Assembly: GCA_015494465.1 (NCBI GenBank)
Contig: WGBD01000002.1
Location: 67,683 to 131,682 of the forward strand
Direction of reading: 5' to 3'
Origin: Candidatus Omnitrophota bacterium
GTDB lineage: Bacteria; Omnitrophota; Gorgyraeia; S143-82
DNA length: 64,000 bases
Shown here: one piece after another, positions 41,146-51,244 of the stretch
How positions within the stretch are numbered: the first letter of the stretch is position 1
How the letters are laid out: each line of letters starts with the position of its first letter
Notes under the pieces: model-generated
Database searches by the model: none
What the model saw: only the letters and a program-made list of their open reading frames with translations
Told to the model about the DNA's origin: nothing
Translations under genes and position numbers: made by a program

Positions 41146-42342
41146 TTATACCACCTCAATCCGCCCATAGACACCATCATATCCGGGCCGGACCTTCACC
41201 TTGCCTTGTCTCATCGAAACGATTGCCTTTTGCAGGTCCCTATCCACGAACCGCTCCAGTTCCCTTTCGGGGAGGAATACCAAGAGAGACAGTTCGTCCC
41301 GTCGAGACACCAAGCGGATGTACTCCTCCCTAACCGCCTTGCTCTGCCGACCCCTCCCCCTCACCTGGGAGATGACCTCTATCAGAGGGATCGTCCTCTG
41401 GTATCCGATCTCTCTGCGCCCCTCTTCAGGTCCCTTACGATCCGCAAGCTTCCTGACCCTATGTAACACCCCAAGGGTCAGTTTCTTACCGCAAACCGGA
41501 CAGAGATTCCCCAACCGCTCAGCCTCCTCAGGGGGCAAAACCACCCCGCAGGACCGGTGCCCGTCGTAATGGTATTTGCCCTCTTCGGGAAAGAACTCCA
41601 CGGTAAAGGCAAACCTTTGGGCATCCCCCTTTTCCAATACCTCCCGCAGGGCAAAGAAGTCGAGGGCATCCTGGAAGACACTCGCCTCCCTGCCCAAGGC
41701 AAGGGGAGAGTGGGCGTCGGAGTTGGAGACCAAGGCAAGGCGATCCAGATCGGATAGACACCAGTTCATCGGTGGATCCGAGGAAAGCCCCGTCTCTATC
41801 GCCACTACATTCGGCGGGAGTCCATTGGGGAAGGCCTGGGACAGGGAATCGAAACCCGAACGACTCCCAAAGACCGCATACCACGGCGTCCAGGCGTGGG
41901 CCAGGATCAGGAAACACTCCGGGACGACTCGATGCAACATCCAGGCCATCTCGTCCACATCCAGACGGAGCGTGGGCCTCCCGTCCGCCCGGAGAGTCCC
42001 AAAAGGTGCCAAGGACTGCCTCAGCCTCTCAACGCAGTCGAAGTCAGGGCAATAGAGAAGGGTGTGGACGCGGTAGGTCCTGCCCTCCCGGGAAAAGACA
42101 TTGCTCACCTCTCCACCCAAGACGAATTCCACCCCACCGTAATACCACAGCCCCCTCTTGCTGGCAGGCCGGAGTTTTCGCCTCAAGAGGTCCAACCAGT
42201 CAGGATGGGTGATGTCCGCGGTTGCCAGGAGGTCTATCCCTTTTAGGTGGGCCCAGCGGGAGAGGGATTCCAGATCCATCTCCTTGCTGGTGGCCAGGGA
42301 GAAGGGGGAATGGATGTGCAGGTCAGCGACGAAGTACCCCAT
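41146..42342 (-). CDS. endonuclease Q family PHP-domain protein
   Basis: ADLHIHS, AHAWTPW, ETGLSSD, SNSDAHS, GKYHYDGH, CPVCG, PGYDGVYG. Confidence 0.85.
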   Translation of the reverse strand: MGYFVADLHIHSPFSLATSKEMDLESLSRWAHLKGIDLLATADITHPDWLDLLRRKLRPASKRGLWYYGGVEFVLGGEVSNVFSREGRTYRVHTLLYCPDFDCVERLRQSLAPFGTLRADGRPTLRLDVDEMAWMLHRVVPECFLILAHAWTPWYAVFGSRSGFDSLSQAFPNGLPPNVVAIETGLSSDPPMNWCLSDLDRLALVSNSDAHSPLALGREASVFQDALDFFALREVLEKGDAQRFAFTVEFFPEEGKYHYDGHRSCGVVLPPEEAERLGNLCPVCGKKLTLGVLHRVRKLADRKGPEEGRREIGYQRTIPLIEVISQVRGRGRQSKAVREEYIRLVSRRDELSLLVFLPERELERFVDRDLQKAIVSMRQGKVKVRPGYDGVYGRIEVV

Positions 42343-43423
42343 ACCAATCCCTGACAACGGAAAGGACCTGCTCAAGGTCCCCGTCGGTCATACCGGCGGA
42401 AAGGGACAACCTCACCCGGGAGGTCCCTTCCGGGACCGTAGGTGGTCTTATGGGAGGACAGAACAGGCCCCTTTCCAGGGCATAGGCATAGAACTCTACC
42501 GCGGTCTCGTCCTCCCCCAAGATCAGGGGGACGATCTGGCTCTCTCCCAACACTCGTGCCCCTTCTACACTCCTCAATTCTCTCCGAAACCGGGCTATCC
42601 TTGCCTGAAATCCTCGTAGATCCAGTCGCCTGAGTATCCGACCCAAGAATGTTTCCACCAAACCCGCCAAGAGGGGAGAAATACCGGTAGAGAATATAAA
42701 ACCCCGACAGCGGTTGACTATCGCATCCATTACCTCCCTTCCCACACACACATAACTGCCCCACAGTCCTATCGCCTTGCCGAAGGTCCCGACGAGCACA
42801 TCCGCATCTTTCACAGAGGGGATCTCCCAGACCCCGACCGAGTGGGCCTCGTCCACATACAGGCGACAGTCAAACTCCCGAGCCAGATCCACTATCTTAG
42901 ACATGGGAGCGAAGTCCCCCTCCATACTGAAGACCGTCTCAGTGATTATCCAACAGGCCTTGGCCTTTGCCCTCTCCCTTTCTAAGGTACGGCGCAGTGC
43001 CTCAAGGTCGTTATGAGGATACCTGCGAAACCTCGCCCCCGACCTCGTTACCCCGTCGACTATACTTGCGTGCACCAACCTGTCCATTACCACCAGATCT
43101 CCCTCGGAGACGAGGACGGGTATCAGGGTGGAATTTAATTGATAGCCCGAAGGAAAGAACAAGGCCTCCCCGAACCCCCTCCAACTCGCCCAGGCCCGCT
43201 CCACTCGACGGATAAGGGCGTCGTTGCCCGAGAGCAGGCGGGAGGCACCGCTGCCAACCGGACCGTCCCAATCCCTCAGGGTATCCCTGTACTCCGGGGC
43301 CCAAGACAGGGAAAGATAATCGTTGGAGGCCAGATTGAGGATCTGTCGACCGTCTATCCAGATCCACTTGCCCTGATGCCTGTCGATGGGATACAGGGCC
43401 CTTTTACGAGGAGCCGATGTCAT
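42323..43423 (-). CDS. bioF: 8-amino-7-oxononanoate synthase
   Basis: SNDYL, GSGASRL, HASIVDG, FSMEGD, DEAHS, TFGKA, IRPPTVP. Confidence 0.92.
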   Translation of the reverse strand: MTSAPRKRALYPIDRHQGKWIWIDGRQILNLASNDYLSLSWAPEYRDTLRDWDGPVGSGASRLLSGNDALIRRVERAWASWRGFGEALFFPSGYQLNSTLIPVLVSEGDLVVMDRLVHASIVDGVTRSGARFRRYPHNDLEALRRTLERERAKAKACWIITETVFSMEGDFAPMSKIVDLAREFDCRLYVDEAHSVGVWEIPSVKDADVLVGTFGKAIGLWGSYVCVGREVMDAIVNRCRGFIFSTGISPLLAGLVETFLGRILRRLDLRGFQARIARFRRELRSVEGARVLGESQIVPLILGEDETAVEFYAYALERGLFCPPIRPPTVPEGTSRVRLSLSAGMTDGDLEQVLSVVRDWYGVLRR

Positions 43424-44255
43424 CTTTCTGCAGGGATTCGGAGAGCTCGGGTGTCTCCCTGTCCAAGAACTGCCTGAGTTTCTCTATCGCCCTCTTTTCT
43501 ATGATCCGTGCCCCCTCCCGGGTCACGCCCAGCTCGTCGGCGATCTCCTGAAGGGTACGCGGTTTGCCGTCTTCGAGCCCAAAGCGCATGTTAAGGACCT
43601 TCCTCTCCTTCTCCGAGATGTTGTCCATTGCGCTCATCACCGCGTCGAAGTCGATGCGCCTCTCGATCTCCTCCTTTACATCCTCCTCCCGCATGGAGTC
43701 CACCAGATCCCCCAGCTCGGTGTCCCTGCTCTCCCCGACCAAGACATTCAAAGAGGTCGTCGACTCGCGCCAGGTCTTAAGCTGTTTCAGCCGAGAGAGG
43801 CTTATCCCCATCTCCTTGGCGAGCTCCTTGTCCGTGGGTTCCCGGCCCAACTTGTTGCTCAACTCCGCCTCCACGGACTTTAGTTTTAGGAGGAGATTGT
43901 TCACATGGACCGGTATGTGCAGGGTGCTGGAGGCCCGCATCAGGGCCCGAATGATGGACTGCCTTATCCACCAGGCTGCGTAAGTGGAGAAACGAAACCC
44001 CATGTCCGGGTTGAACTTATCAACCGCCCTTAAGAGGCCGACATTCCCCTCCGCAATAAGGTCGGAGAAGGAGAGCCCCAGTCCCATGTAGTGCTTGGCC
44101 ATGCTCACCACCAAACGCAGATTGGCCTGGATCATCTTATCCCGGGCCTTGGGATCCCCCTGCGCCACCTTGCGGGCGAGTTCCTTTTCCTCCTTCTCGG
44201 AGAGGACCTTGGAAAAGGACTGGACCTCTTTCATGTAGTGCTTCAGGGCGTCCAT
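43404..44255 (-). CDS. sigma-70 family sigma factor lacking region 1.1 (RpoS/RpoD-like)
   Basis: ANLRLVVSMAK, DLIAEGNVGL, RFSTYAAWWIRQ, TLQEIADELGVTREGAR; start placed at ATG 44255. Confidence 0.9.
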   Translation of the reverse strand: MDALKHYMKEVQSFSKVLSEKEEKELARKVAQGDPKARDKMIQANLRLVVSMAKHYMGLGLSFSDLIAEGNVGLLRAVDKFNPDMGFRFSTYAAWWIRQSIIRALMRASSTLHIPVHVNNLLLKLKSVEAELSNKLGREPTDKELAKEMGISLSRLKQLKTWRESTTSLNVLVGESRDTELGDLVDSMREEDVKEEIERRIDFDAVMSAMDNISEKERKVLNMRFGLEDGKPRTLQEIADELGVTREGARIIEKRAIEKLRQFLDRETPELSESLQKDDIGSS

Positions 44256-44262
44256 AGACTTG

Positions 44263-44292
44263 ATTATATCGGGACAGGTAAACACCTGTCAA
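44263..44292 (-). promoter_or_regulatory. consensus sigma70 promoter, leaderless-type, of the sigma factor gene
   Basis: TTGACA-18 nt-TATAAT-7 nt-ATG; no SD. Confidence 0.75.
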
Positions 44293-44392
44293 ACCTTTAA
44301 CCCGTCTGATTCCCTGCCCCTTTTCACTTGAATGGCAGGACAATTCTGTGTATTTTATTTATTCAAACCCAAAAAGAAAGAGGAGGATTCAT

Positions 44393-45604
44393 ATGAAAAG
44401 GATAGGCATAATCACCAGCGGAGGCGACTGCGGGGGACTCAACGCGGTGGTGAAAGGCGCAGCCCTGATGGCCCACAAACTCGGCATAACCGCCTACGTC
44501 ATACCCAACGGATACGCAGGTCTCTACAATCTGCTAGACTTCTCCGCAGACGAACTGGTAGCCCTGAAACCGGAAAGGGCGGACTTCATAGACGCCAGCC
44601 TTGCGGGTTCAGAGGCAGGGCACTCCCGGGTGAAGATAAAGAAGATAGAAGATCCCAACAAGTACGAGAGGATAAAGGCAGGGCTTAAGAAGTTCCAGAT
44701 AGAGGGGCTAGTGATAAGCGGTGGCGACGACACCGGCAGCGTAATGGTTGACCTCACCGAGCACGGGATTAACTGCGTCCACGCCCCCAAGACCATGGAC
44801 CTGGACCTGCAGACCTACTCGGTGGGAGGAGACTCCGCAATCAATCGCATCTCCACCTTCGCCCAGGACCTAAAGACCACCGGACGCACCCACAACCGGA
44901 TAATGGTCGTAGAAGTATTTGGGAGGTATGCGGGGCATACCGCATTCAGGGGCGGGATCGCAGCGGACGCAGACGCAATACTGATACCCGAGATACCCAC
45001 CGACTTCGATGTACTGTACCAGCACTGCAAGAGCAGGTACTTCGACCGCATATTCAACTCCGACGTGAAGGCAGGAACATACCTGATAATAGTTGCCGAA
45101 GGGATAAAGGACGCCTCCGGGCGGGAACTGGTGGACGAATCCGCCGGAACCGATGCCTTCGGGCACAAGAAACTGGCGGGCGCAGGTAAGTATGTGTGCC
45201 AGGAGCTGACCAAGCGATTCAAGGCGGATCCTGAGATCCCCGAACTCATGAAGAAGGCCCGGCTCTATGTGCCGGGAATATACGAGATCCCCGAGGTGCG
45301 CGATGTCCGTCCGGGGCACTTGGTAAGGAGCGGGCGGTCCTCCGCCTACGACGTAAACTTCGGTAAAGAGGTGGGAGGCGCTGCGGTGCTCTTGCTAAAG
45401 CAAGGGATAACCGGTGTAACCGTGGTGGGCGTCTACGGAAAGGAGATCCGCTACATCCCCACCAGCGAGGCCATAAAACAGAGGCATGTGGATCTGGATC
45501 AGGTCGCATTCCACGAACAGCAGGGGGTATGTTTCGGTAGGAAGACACCCGACTACGAGGCGACCTTCACCAAGGTCACCGGAAAGATAGACAGGTACAT
45601 GTAA
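44393..45604 (+). CDS. 6-phosphofructokinase, probably PPi-dependent
   Basis: TSGGDCGGLN, GGDDT and PKTMD (Asp/Lys pattern of PPi-PFKs), GRYAG; AGGAGG SD. Confidence 0.88.
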   Translation: MKRIGIITSGGDCGGLNAVVKGAALMAHKLGITAYVIPNGYAGLYNLLDFSADELVALKPERADFIDASLAGSEAGHSRVKIKKIEDPNKYERIKAGLKKFQIEGLVISGGDDTGSVMVDLTEHGINCVHAPKTMDLDLQTYSVGGDSAINRISTFAQDLKTTGRTHNRIMVVEVFGRYAGHTAFRGGIAADADAILIPEIPTDFDVLYQHCKSRYFDRIFNSDVKAGTYLIIVAEGIKDASGRELVDESAGTDAFGHKKLAGAGKYVCQELTKRFKADPEIPELMKKARLYVPGIYEIPEVRDVRPGHLVRSGRSSAYDVNFGKEVGGAAVLLLKQGITGVTVVGVYGKEIRYIPTSEAIKQRHVDLDQVAFHEQQGVCFGRKTPDYEATFTKVTGKIDRYM

Positions 45605-45618
45605 AGGCCAAATTTTGC

Positions 45619-45647
45619 TTGACACTCCAAGGACAATGTCTTAATAT
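45619..45647 (+). promoter_or_regulatory. sigma70-type promoter of rplM-rpsI
   Basis: TTGACA-17 nt-TAATAT. Confidence 0.6.
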
Positions 45648-45681
45648 GTTCAATTCAAGTGATTGAATGCAGGGAGTCGCT

Positions 45682-46113
45682 ATGAAAAAGACATTTATGC
45701 TCAGAAAAGAAGACGTGAATCGGAAGTGGTACATAGTCGACGCCAAGGGGAAGACCTTGGGCCGATTGGCGTCCAAGATAGCCACCATCTTGAGGGGTAA
45801 ACACAAACCCGAGTGGACGCCCCATGTGGACTGCGGTGACTACGTAATCGTGATAAACGCAAAGGATGTGGTGGTCACCGGAAAGAAGGCGGAACAGAAG
45901 ATCTACCAGAGGTACTCCGGCTACCCCGACGGACTGAAAGAGACCAAGTTCAAGGACATGATAAAGAGAAATCCCAACTATGTAATACGACACGCGGTAT
46001 GGGGTATGCTCCCCAAAGGCAGGTTGGGACGGAGGATCTTCAAGAAACTCAAGGTATTTGCCGGCCCGGAACACGACCACATTGCCCAGAAACCTGAACC
46101 ATTAGAGGTGTAA
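45682..46113 (+). CDS. rplM: 50S ribosomal protein L13
   Basis: [33 protein letters not shown]. Confidence 0.97.
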   Translation: MKKTFMLRKEDVNRKWYIVDAKGKTLGRLASKIATILRGKHKPEWTPHVDCGDYVIVINAKDVVVTGKKAEQKIYQRYSGYPDGLKETKFKDMIKRNPNYVIRHAVWGMLPKGRLGRRIFKKLKVFAGPEHDHIAQKPEPLEV

Positions 46114-46114
46114 G

Positions 46115-46522
46115 ATGAGCATTGCCACCGAGAAGAGGTCCGTATACCACGCAGTCGGTAAGAGAAAGACCGCAATAGCAAGGGTCTTTCTACAGGAAGG
46201 TAAAGGCCGAATAAAGGTAAACGGCAAGGATTTTAAGGAGTACTTTCCTGTCGAGACCTTACAGATACTTATAACCGCACCCTTGAAGCTGGTCGGTAAG
46301 GAATCTGCCTTCGACATAAAGGCGAACATCCAAGGCGGAGGCATAAAGGGGCAGGCAGAGGCCCTGAGATTGGGGATATCCCGAGCCTTGGTACAGTACG
46401 ACGAGACCCTCAGGCCCGCCTTAAGGGATGCAGGCTTCCTTACCCGCGACGCCCGGGTCAAAGAGCGCAAAAAGTACGGTCAGCGCGGGGCCCGCAGGAA
46501 GTTCCAGTGGGTCAAGAGGTAA
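46115..46522 (+). CDS. rpsI: 30S ribosomal protein S9
   Basis: GKRKTAIARV, GGGIKGQ, LTRDARVKERKKYG. Confidence 0.97.
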   Translation: MSIATEKRSVYHAVGKRKTAIARVFLQEGKGRIKVNGKDFKEYFPVETLQILITAPLKLVGKESAFDIKANIQGGGIKGQAEALRLGISRALVQYDETLRPALRDAGFLTRDARVKERKKYGQRGARRKFQWVKR

Positions 46523-46913
46523 GGAGCTCTTTCAGGGGAATCAAAACGAAGTCCCTCTCTTCTATCCTCGGATGAGGTATTATCAGCTCTGGCAGGCTCA
46601 ACTTCAGGTCGTCGTAAAAAAGTATGTCTATGTCTATGGTGCGGGGGGCGTTGTTTCCCTTCTCCTTACGGCCCATAGCCCGCTCGATCCCCTCCAGTCG
46701 GCGTAACAAGGCAAGCGGATCCAGCAAGGTGTAGACCTCCGCCACCGCGTTTACGAAGTCCGGACCAGCGTTATAGCGGGCGGGATTGTAGTAGAACGAA
46801 GAGACCTTACCTACCGAGGTAAAATCCAATCGGGATATGCGAAGTAGGGCCTGACGGATGTTCTCTTCCCGCGGACCGAGGTTACTCCCCAGCCCCAAGA
46901 TCACCCTGCTCAT
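46512..46913 (-). CDS. folK: 2-amino-4-hydroxy-6-hydroxymethyldihydropteridine diphosphokinase
   Basis: LGLGSNLG, FVNAV, PRTIDIDIL, PHPRIEERDFVL. Confidence 0.93.
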   Translation of the reverse strand: MSRVILGLGSNLGPREENIRQALLRISRLDFTSVGKVSSFYYNPARYNAGPDFVNAVAEVYTLLDPLALLRRLEGIERAMGRKEKGNNAPRTIDIDILFYDDLKLSLPELIIPHPRIEERDFVLIPLKELLTS

Positions 46914-48102
46914 CTATCAGGTGCCCCAGTTTCTTCTTCTTCGTCTCCAGATAAAACCGGTTTTCCTTCTTTATCCCGACCACCAAAGGCACCCTCTCCA
47001 CTACCTCCAGATCGTATCCCTGCAGACCCACTATCTTGCGGGGGTTGTTGGTCATAAGCCGTATCTTCCTCACTCCAAGGTCCTTCAGTATCTGGGCACC
47101 GATCCCGTACTCCCTCAGATCCGGAGGAAATCCCAAGGCCACATTGGCATCCACCGTATCCATTCCCTGATCCTGCAGGTGATAGGCCCTTATCTTGTTG
47201 CCCAAGCCTATTCCCCGGCCCTCCTGGGACATGTACACGATAATTCCCCTGCCATCCTCTGCCACCTTCTCCATGGCGGAGTGCAACTGATCCCCGCAGT
47301 CGCACCTGCGGGAATGAAATATGTCCCCAGTCATACACTGGGAGTGCACCCTCACCAATACCGGCTCGTCCTCCTGCCACTGCCCCATCCAGAGGGCCAT
47401 GTGCTCCTTACCGTCTATAAGACTGCGGTATATGGCCACATTGAATTCGCCAAAGTCGGTAGGCATCTTGGCCTGGGCGACCTTTTCTATCAACTTCTCC
47501 CGCTTCCTGCGGTATTCAATGATCTCCGCTACCGAACACATAGACAGGCCGTGCCGTTTGGCAAACTCTCTCAACTGAGGGAGCCTTGCCATGGATCCAT
47601 CCTCGTTCATTATCTCGCATATGACCGCCACCGGAGGCAGTCCCGCCAGTTTCATAAGGTCAACTGCCGCCTCGGTGTGCCCGGCCCTGACCAGCACCCC
47701 TCCCGGGACCGCCCGGAGAGGGAAGACATGACCGGGGCGCACCAGATCCTCGGGACGGGAGTTGGGGTTGCATAGCACCTCGATGGTTCGGGCCCTGTCG
47801 TAGGCGGAGATGCCGGTAGTAATACCCCTGGCTGCATCAACCGACATCGCCCAAGCGGTAGCAAACTGGTCCCGGGAGTAATCAGGAGGATTGAGAAGCG
47901 GGATGTCCAAGCGCCTGAGGTATTCCTCGGTCATCGGGACGCATATCAGCCCACGGCCCTCCTTGGCCATAAAGTTTATCTTATCCGGGGTGGCGTAGAT
48001 CCCAGCAACCACCAGATCGCCTTCGTTTTCCCGATCCTCGTCGTCTACGACGATGACCAGTTTGCCCGCCTTTATGTCCTCTATAACCTTCTCTATGCTC
48101 AT
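46882..48102 (-). CDS. ribBA: bifunctional DHBP synthase / GTP cyclohydrolase II
   Basis: DDEDRENEGD, RPGHVFPL, GHTEA, RVHSQC, CDCG, QEGRGIGL. Confidence 0.96.
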   Translation of the reverse strand: MSIEKVIEDIKAGKLVIVVDDEDRENEGDLVVAGIYATPDKINFMAKEGRGLICVPMTEEYLRRLDIPLLNPPDYSRDQFATAWAMSVDAARGITTGISAYDRARTIEVLCNPNSRPEDLVRPGHVFPLRAVPGGVLVRAGHTEAAVDLMKLAGLPPVAVICEIMNEDGSMARLPQLREFAKRHGLSMCSVAEIIEYRRKREKLIEKVAQAKMPTDFGEFNVAIYRSLIDGKEHMALWMGQWQEDEPVLVRVHSQCMTGDIFHSRRCDCGDQLHSAMEKVAEDGRGIIVYMSQEGRGIGLGNKIRAYHLQDQGMDTVDANVALGFPPDLREYGIGAQILKDLGVRKIRLMTNNPRKIVGLQGYDLEVVERVPLVVGIKKENRFYLETKKKKLGHLIDEQGDLGAGE

Positions 48103-48204
48103 GTTAAGGGAATTTTAACACAAAATTTAGATCAAAGATAGACGACAAGAGCCAATTAATTAACGGAAAAACCGGGGAAAAATCAATCGGAAGGGAACCT
48201 CAAA

Positions 48205-48280
48205 TGCGCCTGGACGGATTCGAACCGCCGCAAGACGTGCCTTAGGAGGGCACCGCTCTATCCTACTGAGCTACAGGCGC
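48205..48280 (-). tRNA. tRNA-Arg(CCT)
   Basis: GCGCCTG/CAGGCGC stem, anticodon arm GTGCC-CTCCTAA-GGCAC, GTTCGAATC. Confidence 0.93.
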
Positions 48281-48282
48281 AT

Positions 48283-48459
48283 CTATTCCAGGGTTATGGC
48301 CTCTACCGGACAGGCGCTCACGCAGGCCCCGCAGTCCACGCAGGTAGAGGGATCAACTTTTGCCTTGCCGTTGTCCTGCATCGTGATGGCGCCAACCGGA
48401 CAAGCAGCAACGCAGGCACCACAGCCAACGCACTTTTCCTCGTTTACCACTGCCGGCAT
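48283..48459 (-). CDS. 2[4Fe-4S] ferredoxin (58 aa, absent from the ORF track)
   Basis: Manual translation MPAVVNEEKCVGCGACVAACPVGAITMQDNGKAKVDPSTCVDCGACVSACPVEAITLE; two CxxCxxCxxxCP motifs; AGGAGG SD. Confidence 0.93.
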   Translation of the reverse strand: MPAVVNEEKCVGCGACVAACPVGAITMQDNGKAKVDPSTCVDCGACVSACPVEAITLE

Positions 48460-48478
48460 CTGAGACCTCCTTTTAAAA

Positions 48479-48555
<77 letters not shown>

Positions 48556-48636
48556 ATCCGTAGGAATGAATAATACCACTTTTGAAACCAAAAATCAATA
48601 TGGTTTAGAAGATATCCCACTTATTCTCTTTGCCCA

Positions 48637-49386
48637 TTACAACACATCCTTGACGATCAAAAGAAAGGAGACAAAGAGCAAGACTATACCGAACACCAAC
48701 CTCACCCCTCTGGGCCTTAATCGATTCGCCATAAACCGAGATCCCAATTGGCTCCCCAACAACACCGACAGCACGCACGCTGACCACAACAACCAGTCGG
48801 GTTTAGCAGAGATCGCTATGTGGGAGACAAAGCTCGACAGACCGGAGAGGGTCACCACGAAAGCAGAGGTGGCAGCCGCGGTCTTGGGATCCAATCCAGC
48901 GATAAAGAGCAGAGGCACCACGAAACTGCCTCCGCCTCTGCCGATAAGCCCGGCAAAGAATCCCAGCACACTGCCACCCACCACTCCCAGCACTAACCTG
49001 GCCCGCGGTGAGGATACGCCCTTAGACGGCCTCCAACCCGACAACATAAGCACCGCAGCGGTGGCGGTGAAGAGGGCGAATATCAATATAACGACCTTGG
49101 TGGGCAGATGGAGATTTGCCAGGGTCCCGAGCGGGGCGAACAACACCATCGTGATCCCAAACGGCAGGGCAACCCTCCACTCTATAAGGCCCTTACGGGC
49201 GTAGGTCACAGAAGCGGAGGCGGAGTTTACTACATTAAGGAGCATACCCAAAGGAATCGCCTGGGTCTTAAAATCGAGTCCCATCCAGAAGAGTATGGGG
49301 ATGTACAACTGAGAACCACCCATACCAAGCATTGAGAACACAAAAGCTATGACGAAAAACAAGCCCGGGACCACTATCAGTTGCAT
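48637..49386 (-). CDS. sulfite exporter TauE/SafE family membrane protein
   Basis: Duplicated GMGGS / GRGGG..VVP motifs, AAATS, GSQLGS. Confidence 0.88.
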   Translation of the reverse strand: MQLIVVPGLFFVIAFVFSMLGMGGSQLYIPILFWMGLDFKTQAIPLGMLLNVVNSASASVTYARKGLIEWRVALPFGITMVLFAPLGTLANLHLPTKVVILIFALFTATAAVLMLSGWRPSKGVSSPRARLVLGVVGGSVLGFFAGLIGRGGGSFVVPLLFIAGLDPKTAAATSAFVVTLSGLSSFVSHIAISAKPDWLLWSACVLSVLLGSQLGSRFMANRLRPRGVRLVFGIVLLFVSFLLIVKDVL

Positions 49387-49403
49387 AATCTTTACTCCCC
49401 TAT

Positions 49404-50012
49404 TCAACCCTCATATCCCGAACAAGGGATGCAGACGAGGTCGCCCTCTCTCGTAACCCTCAACTTATCCACGAACACCATCTCTCCGCACTTAGCGCAG
49501 GGCCTAATCTCAAACATCCCCTCGCCCTTTTTCACCTCTACCTCTTTTACTTCTCCGATGTCTAAGAAGGCCTCCTCCGGCAGGCTCATTATCTTATCGA
49601 CCAAGGGATCTACTATCTCCGGCGGGATCTCCTGCGGAGGTATGCCCTGCTTACGCCTCTGCACGAACGGAGAGTTAATCGCCTTGGCGAAGAAATCCGG
49701 CTTCAAGGACACCCGAACAGATTTTCCTTGCCGAGTATCTATAAGGGTGAAGGCCATCTTGTTGTAATACAACTTCTGCACATTGGACTTACCGTAAGTA
49801 GCACCGGTTACTACCATAATCCCATCCAAAAAGCACCCTGCTGCGTGCCCCTTGCCCGTCTCCGATATCACGATGAGCTCCTTATCCTGGGCCCGCTCCG
49901 AACCCAATACATTCATCGCTGCAGCGCCGGCCCGCAGGCCCATTGGCATAGCGGGGCACTTGTGCCCGTGGAACCTTAGGGCCAAGTCCAGAAAATCCTT
50001 TGCATCTACCAT
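49404..50012 (-). CDS. FmdE family protein with C-terminal Zn finger
   Basis: [26 protein letters not shown]...CIPC. Confidence 0.88.
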   Translation of the reverse strand: MVDAKDFLDLALRFHGHKCPAMPMGLRAGAAAMNVLGSERAQDKELIVISETGKGHAAGCFLDGIMVVTGATYGKSNVQKLYYNKMAFTLIDTRQGKSVRVSLKPDFFAKAINSPFVQRRKQGIPPQEIPPEIVDPLVDKIMSLPEEAFLDIGEVKEVEVKKGEGMFEIRPCAKCGEMVFVDKLRVTREGDLVCIPCSGYEG

Positions 50013-50040
50013 CTCATACCTCCCTTTGTTAATAACAAAG

Positions 50041-50916
50041 CTAACCACACCCTTCGTATTCAAACTGGAAGGTACTGTGATTTATCCCATACTTTCCCTT
50101 AAGCAATCTATCCAGGGCCTCTTTTGTTTCTTTCGTCTGGCTTACTTTTAGATCCTCATCCAGATTAATGTGGGCCTCAAAGTGAATATCTTTTGGGGTA
50201 AGGCTCCACATGTGGATGTGGTGAACATCTTTGACCCCGGGTATCTGTTGAATATCTCTGCGCACCGCCTCTAGAGAAACACCTTTGGGAGAATAAAGCA
50301 TAAGAACATCCAGGGCATCAAGAAACACAGAAACCGCAAGCTTTATAATGTAACCCCCTATAATTATTGCCAACACTGCATCCACCCAAAATGTATGAAA
50401 GAAATACATAGATATTCCTCCGATAAAGACCGAAACAGATACCAACGCATCCGCAAACAGGTGGAGAAAGGCAGAACGGATATTCATATCGTTATGGGAA
50501 TGGCCCCTAAGCCAAAACGCACACAAAAAATTCACCATCATCCCAATCAGAGCAATGACCACCACGAAAACACTCTTTATAGCAACGGGATGCAGTAACC
50601 TGAACACCGCTTCCTTGATTAAAAACAGAGATACAATCATCAACAAGATAGAGTTCAGAAACGCAGCCATTACCCCAGCCCGTTTATGCCCAAACGTCCT
50701 TTTATCACTCCTTCCTTCCTTCTCGAGATTAAAGGCAACAAGGCTTATTATCAGAGAGACCGTATCCGTAAAATTGTGCAGGGCATCGGTTATAATGGAC
50801 AGACTGCCGGAGAGGAATCCTCCCGCCAGCTGAATGGCCGTAACAGATAAATTCAATACTACAGACCAGATTAATTTCTTGCCTGCGTCTTTGATATCAT
50901 TATCGTGATTATGCAT
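50041..50916 (-). CDS. cation diffusion facilitator (CzcD/ZitB-like)
   Basis: [46 protein letters not shown]. Confidence 0.92.
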   Translation of the reverse strand: MHNHDNDIKDAGKKLIWSVVLNLSVTAIQLAGGFLSGSLSIITDALHNFTDTVSLIISLVAFNLEKEGRSDKRTFGHKRAGVMAAFLNSILLMIVSLFLIKEAVFRLLHPVAIKSVFVVVIALIGMMVNFLCAFWLRGHSHNDMNIRSAFLHLFADALVSVSVFIGGISMYFFHTFWVDAVLAIIIGGYIIKLAVSVFLDALDVLMLYSPKGVSLEAVRRDIQQIPGVKDVHHIHMWSLTPKDIHFEAHINLDEDLKVSQTKETKEALDRLLKGKYGINHSTFQFEYEGCG

Positions 50917-50926
50917 GGTCCGTTCT

Positions 50927-51226
50927 TCAATCCACTTTTTGAACCTCACATGCCCCACCCTCAATCCTTATCGCCTTGGCGTTCACCAAGGCGTCGGTTA
51001 CCTTCCTGTGGGCGGACTTTAGGGTGCGGGAGACGGTAGAGCGATGGATACCCATCCTCTTCCCTGCCTCCTCTTGGCTCAATCCCTCCAGATGCACCAA
51101 CCGAAGCACCTCAAACTCGTCCAAGGACAAGACGACGCCCTCCAATTCGTCAACGCGCCTACACCGCGGTCGAAAACACCTCTCCTTGGGACTGCACCTT
51201 ATCCAACGGGGCTTCTTGGGCCTCAA
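50927..51226 (-). CDS. DUF134 family putative DNA-binding protein
   Basis: MRPKKPRWI, DEFEVLRLVHLEGLSQEEAG..MGIHRSTVSR, ALVNAKAIRIEGG. Confidence 0.9.
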   Translation of the reverse strand: MRPKKPRWIRCSPKERCFRPRCRRVDELEGVVLSLDEFEVLRLVHLEGLSQEEAGKRMGIHRSTVSRTLKSAHRKVTDALVNAKAIRIEGGACEVQKVD

Positions 51227-51244
51227 CTACTCCTCCTTCAAACA

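Noticed and set aside
41146-42342. Anti-phage defence role for the PHP nuclease
   Set aside because: Motifs fit the EndoQ DNA-repair family and the context is housekeeping.
48103-48204. FMN riboswitch upstream of ribBA
   Set aside because: No RFN consensus; a -10 box lies 9 nt from the ATG, leaving no leader.
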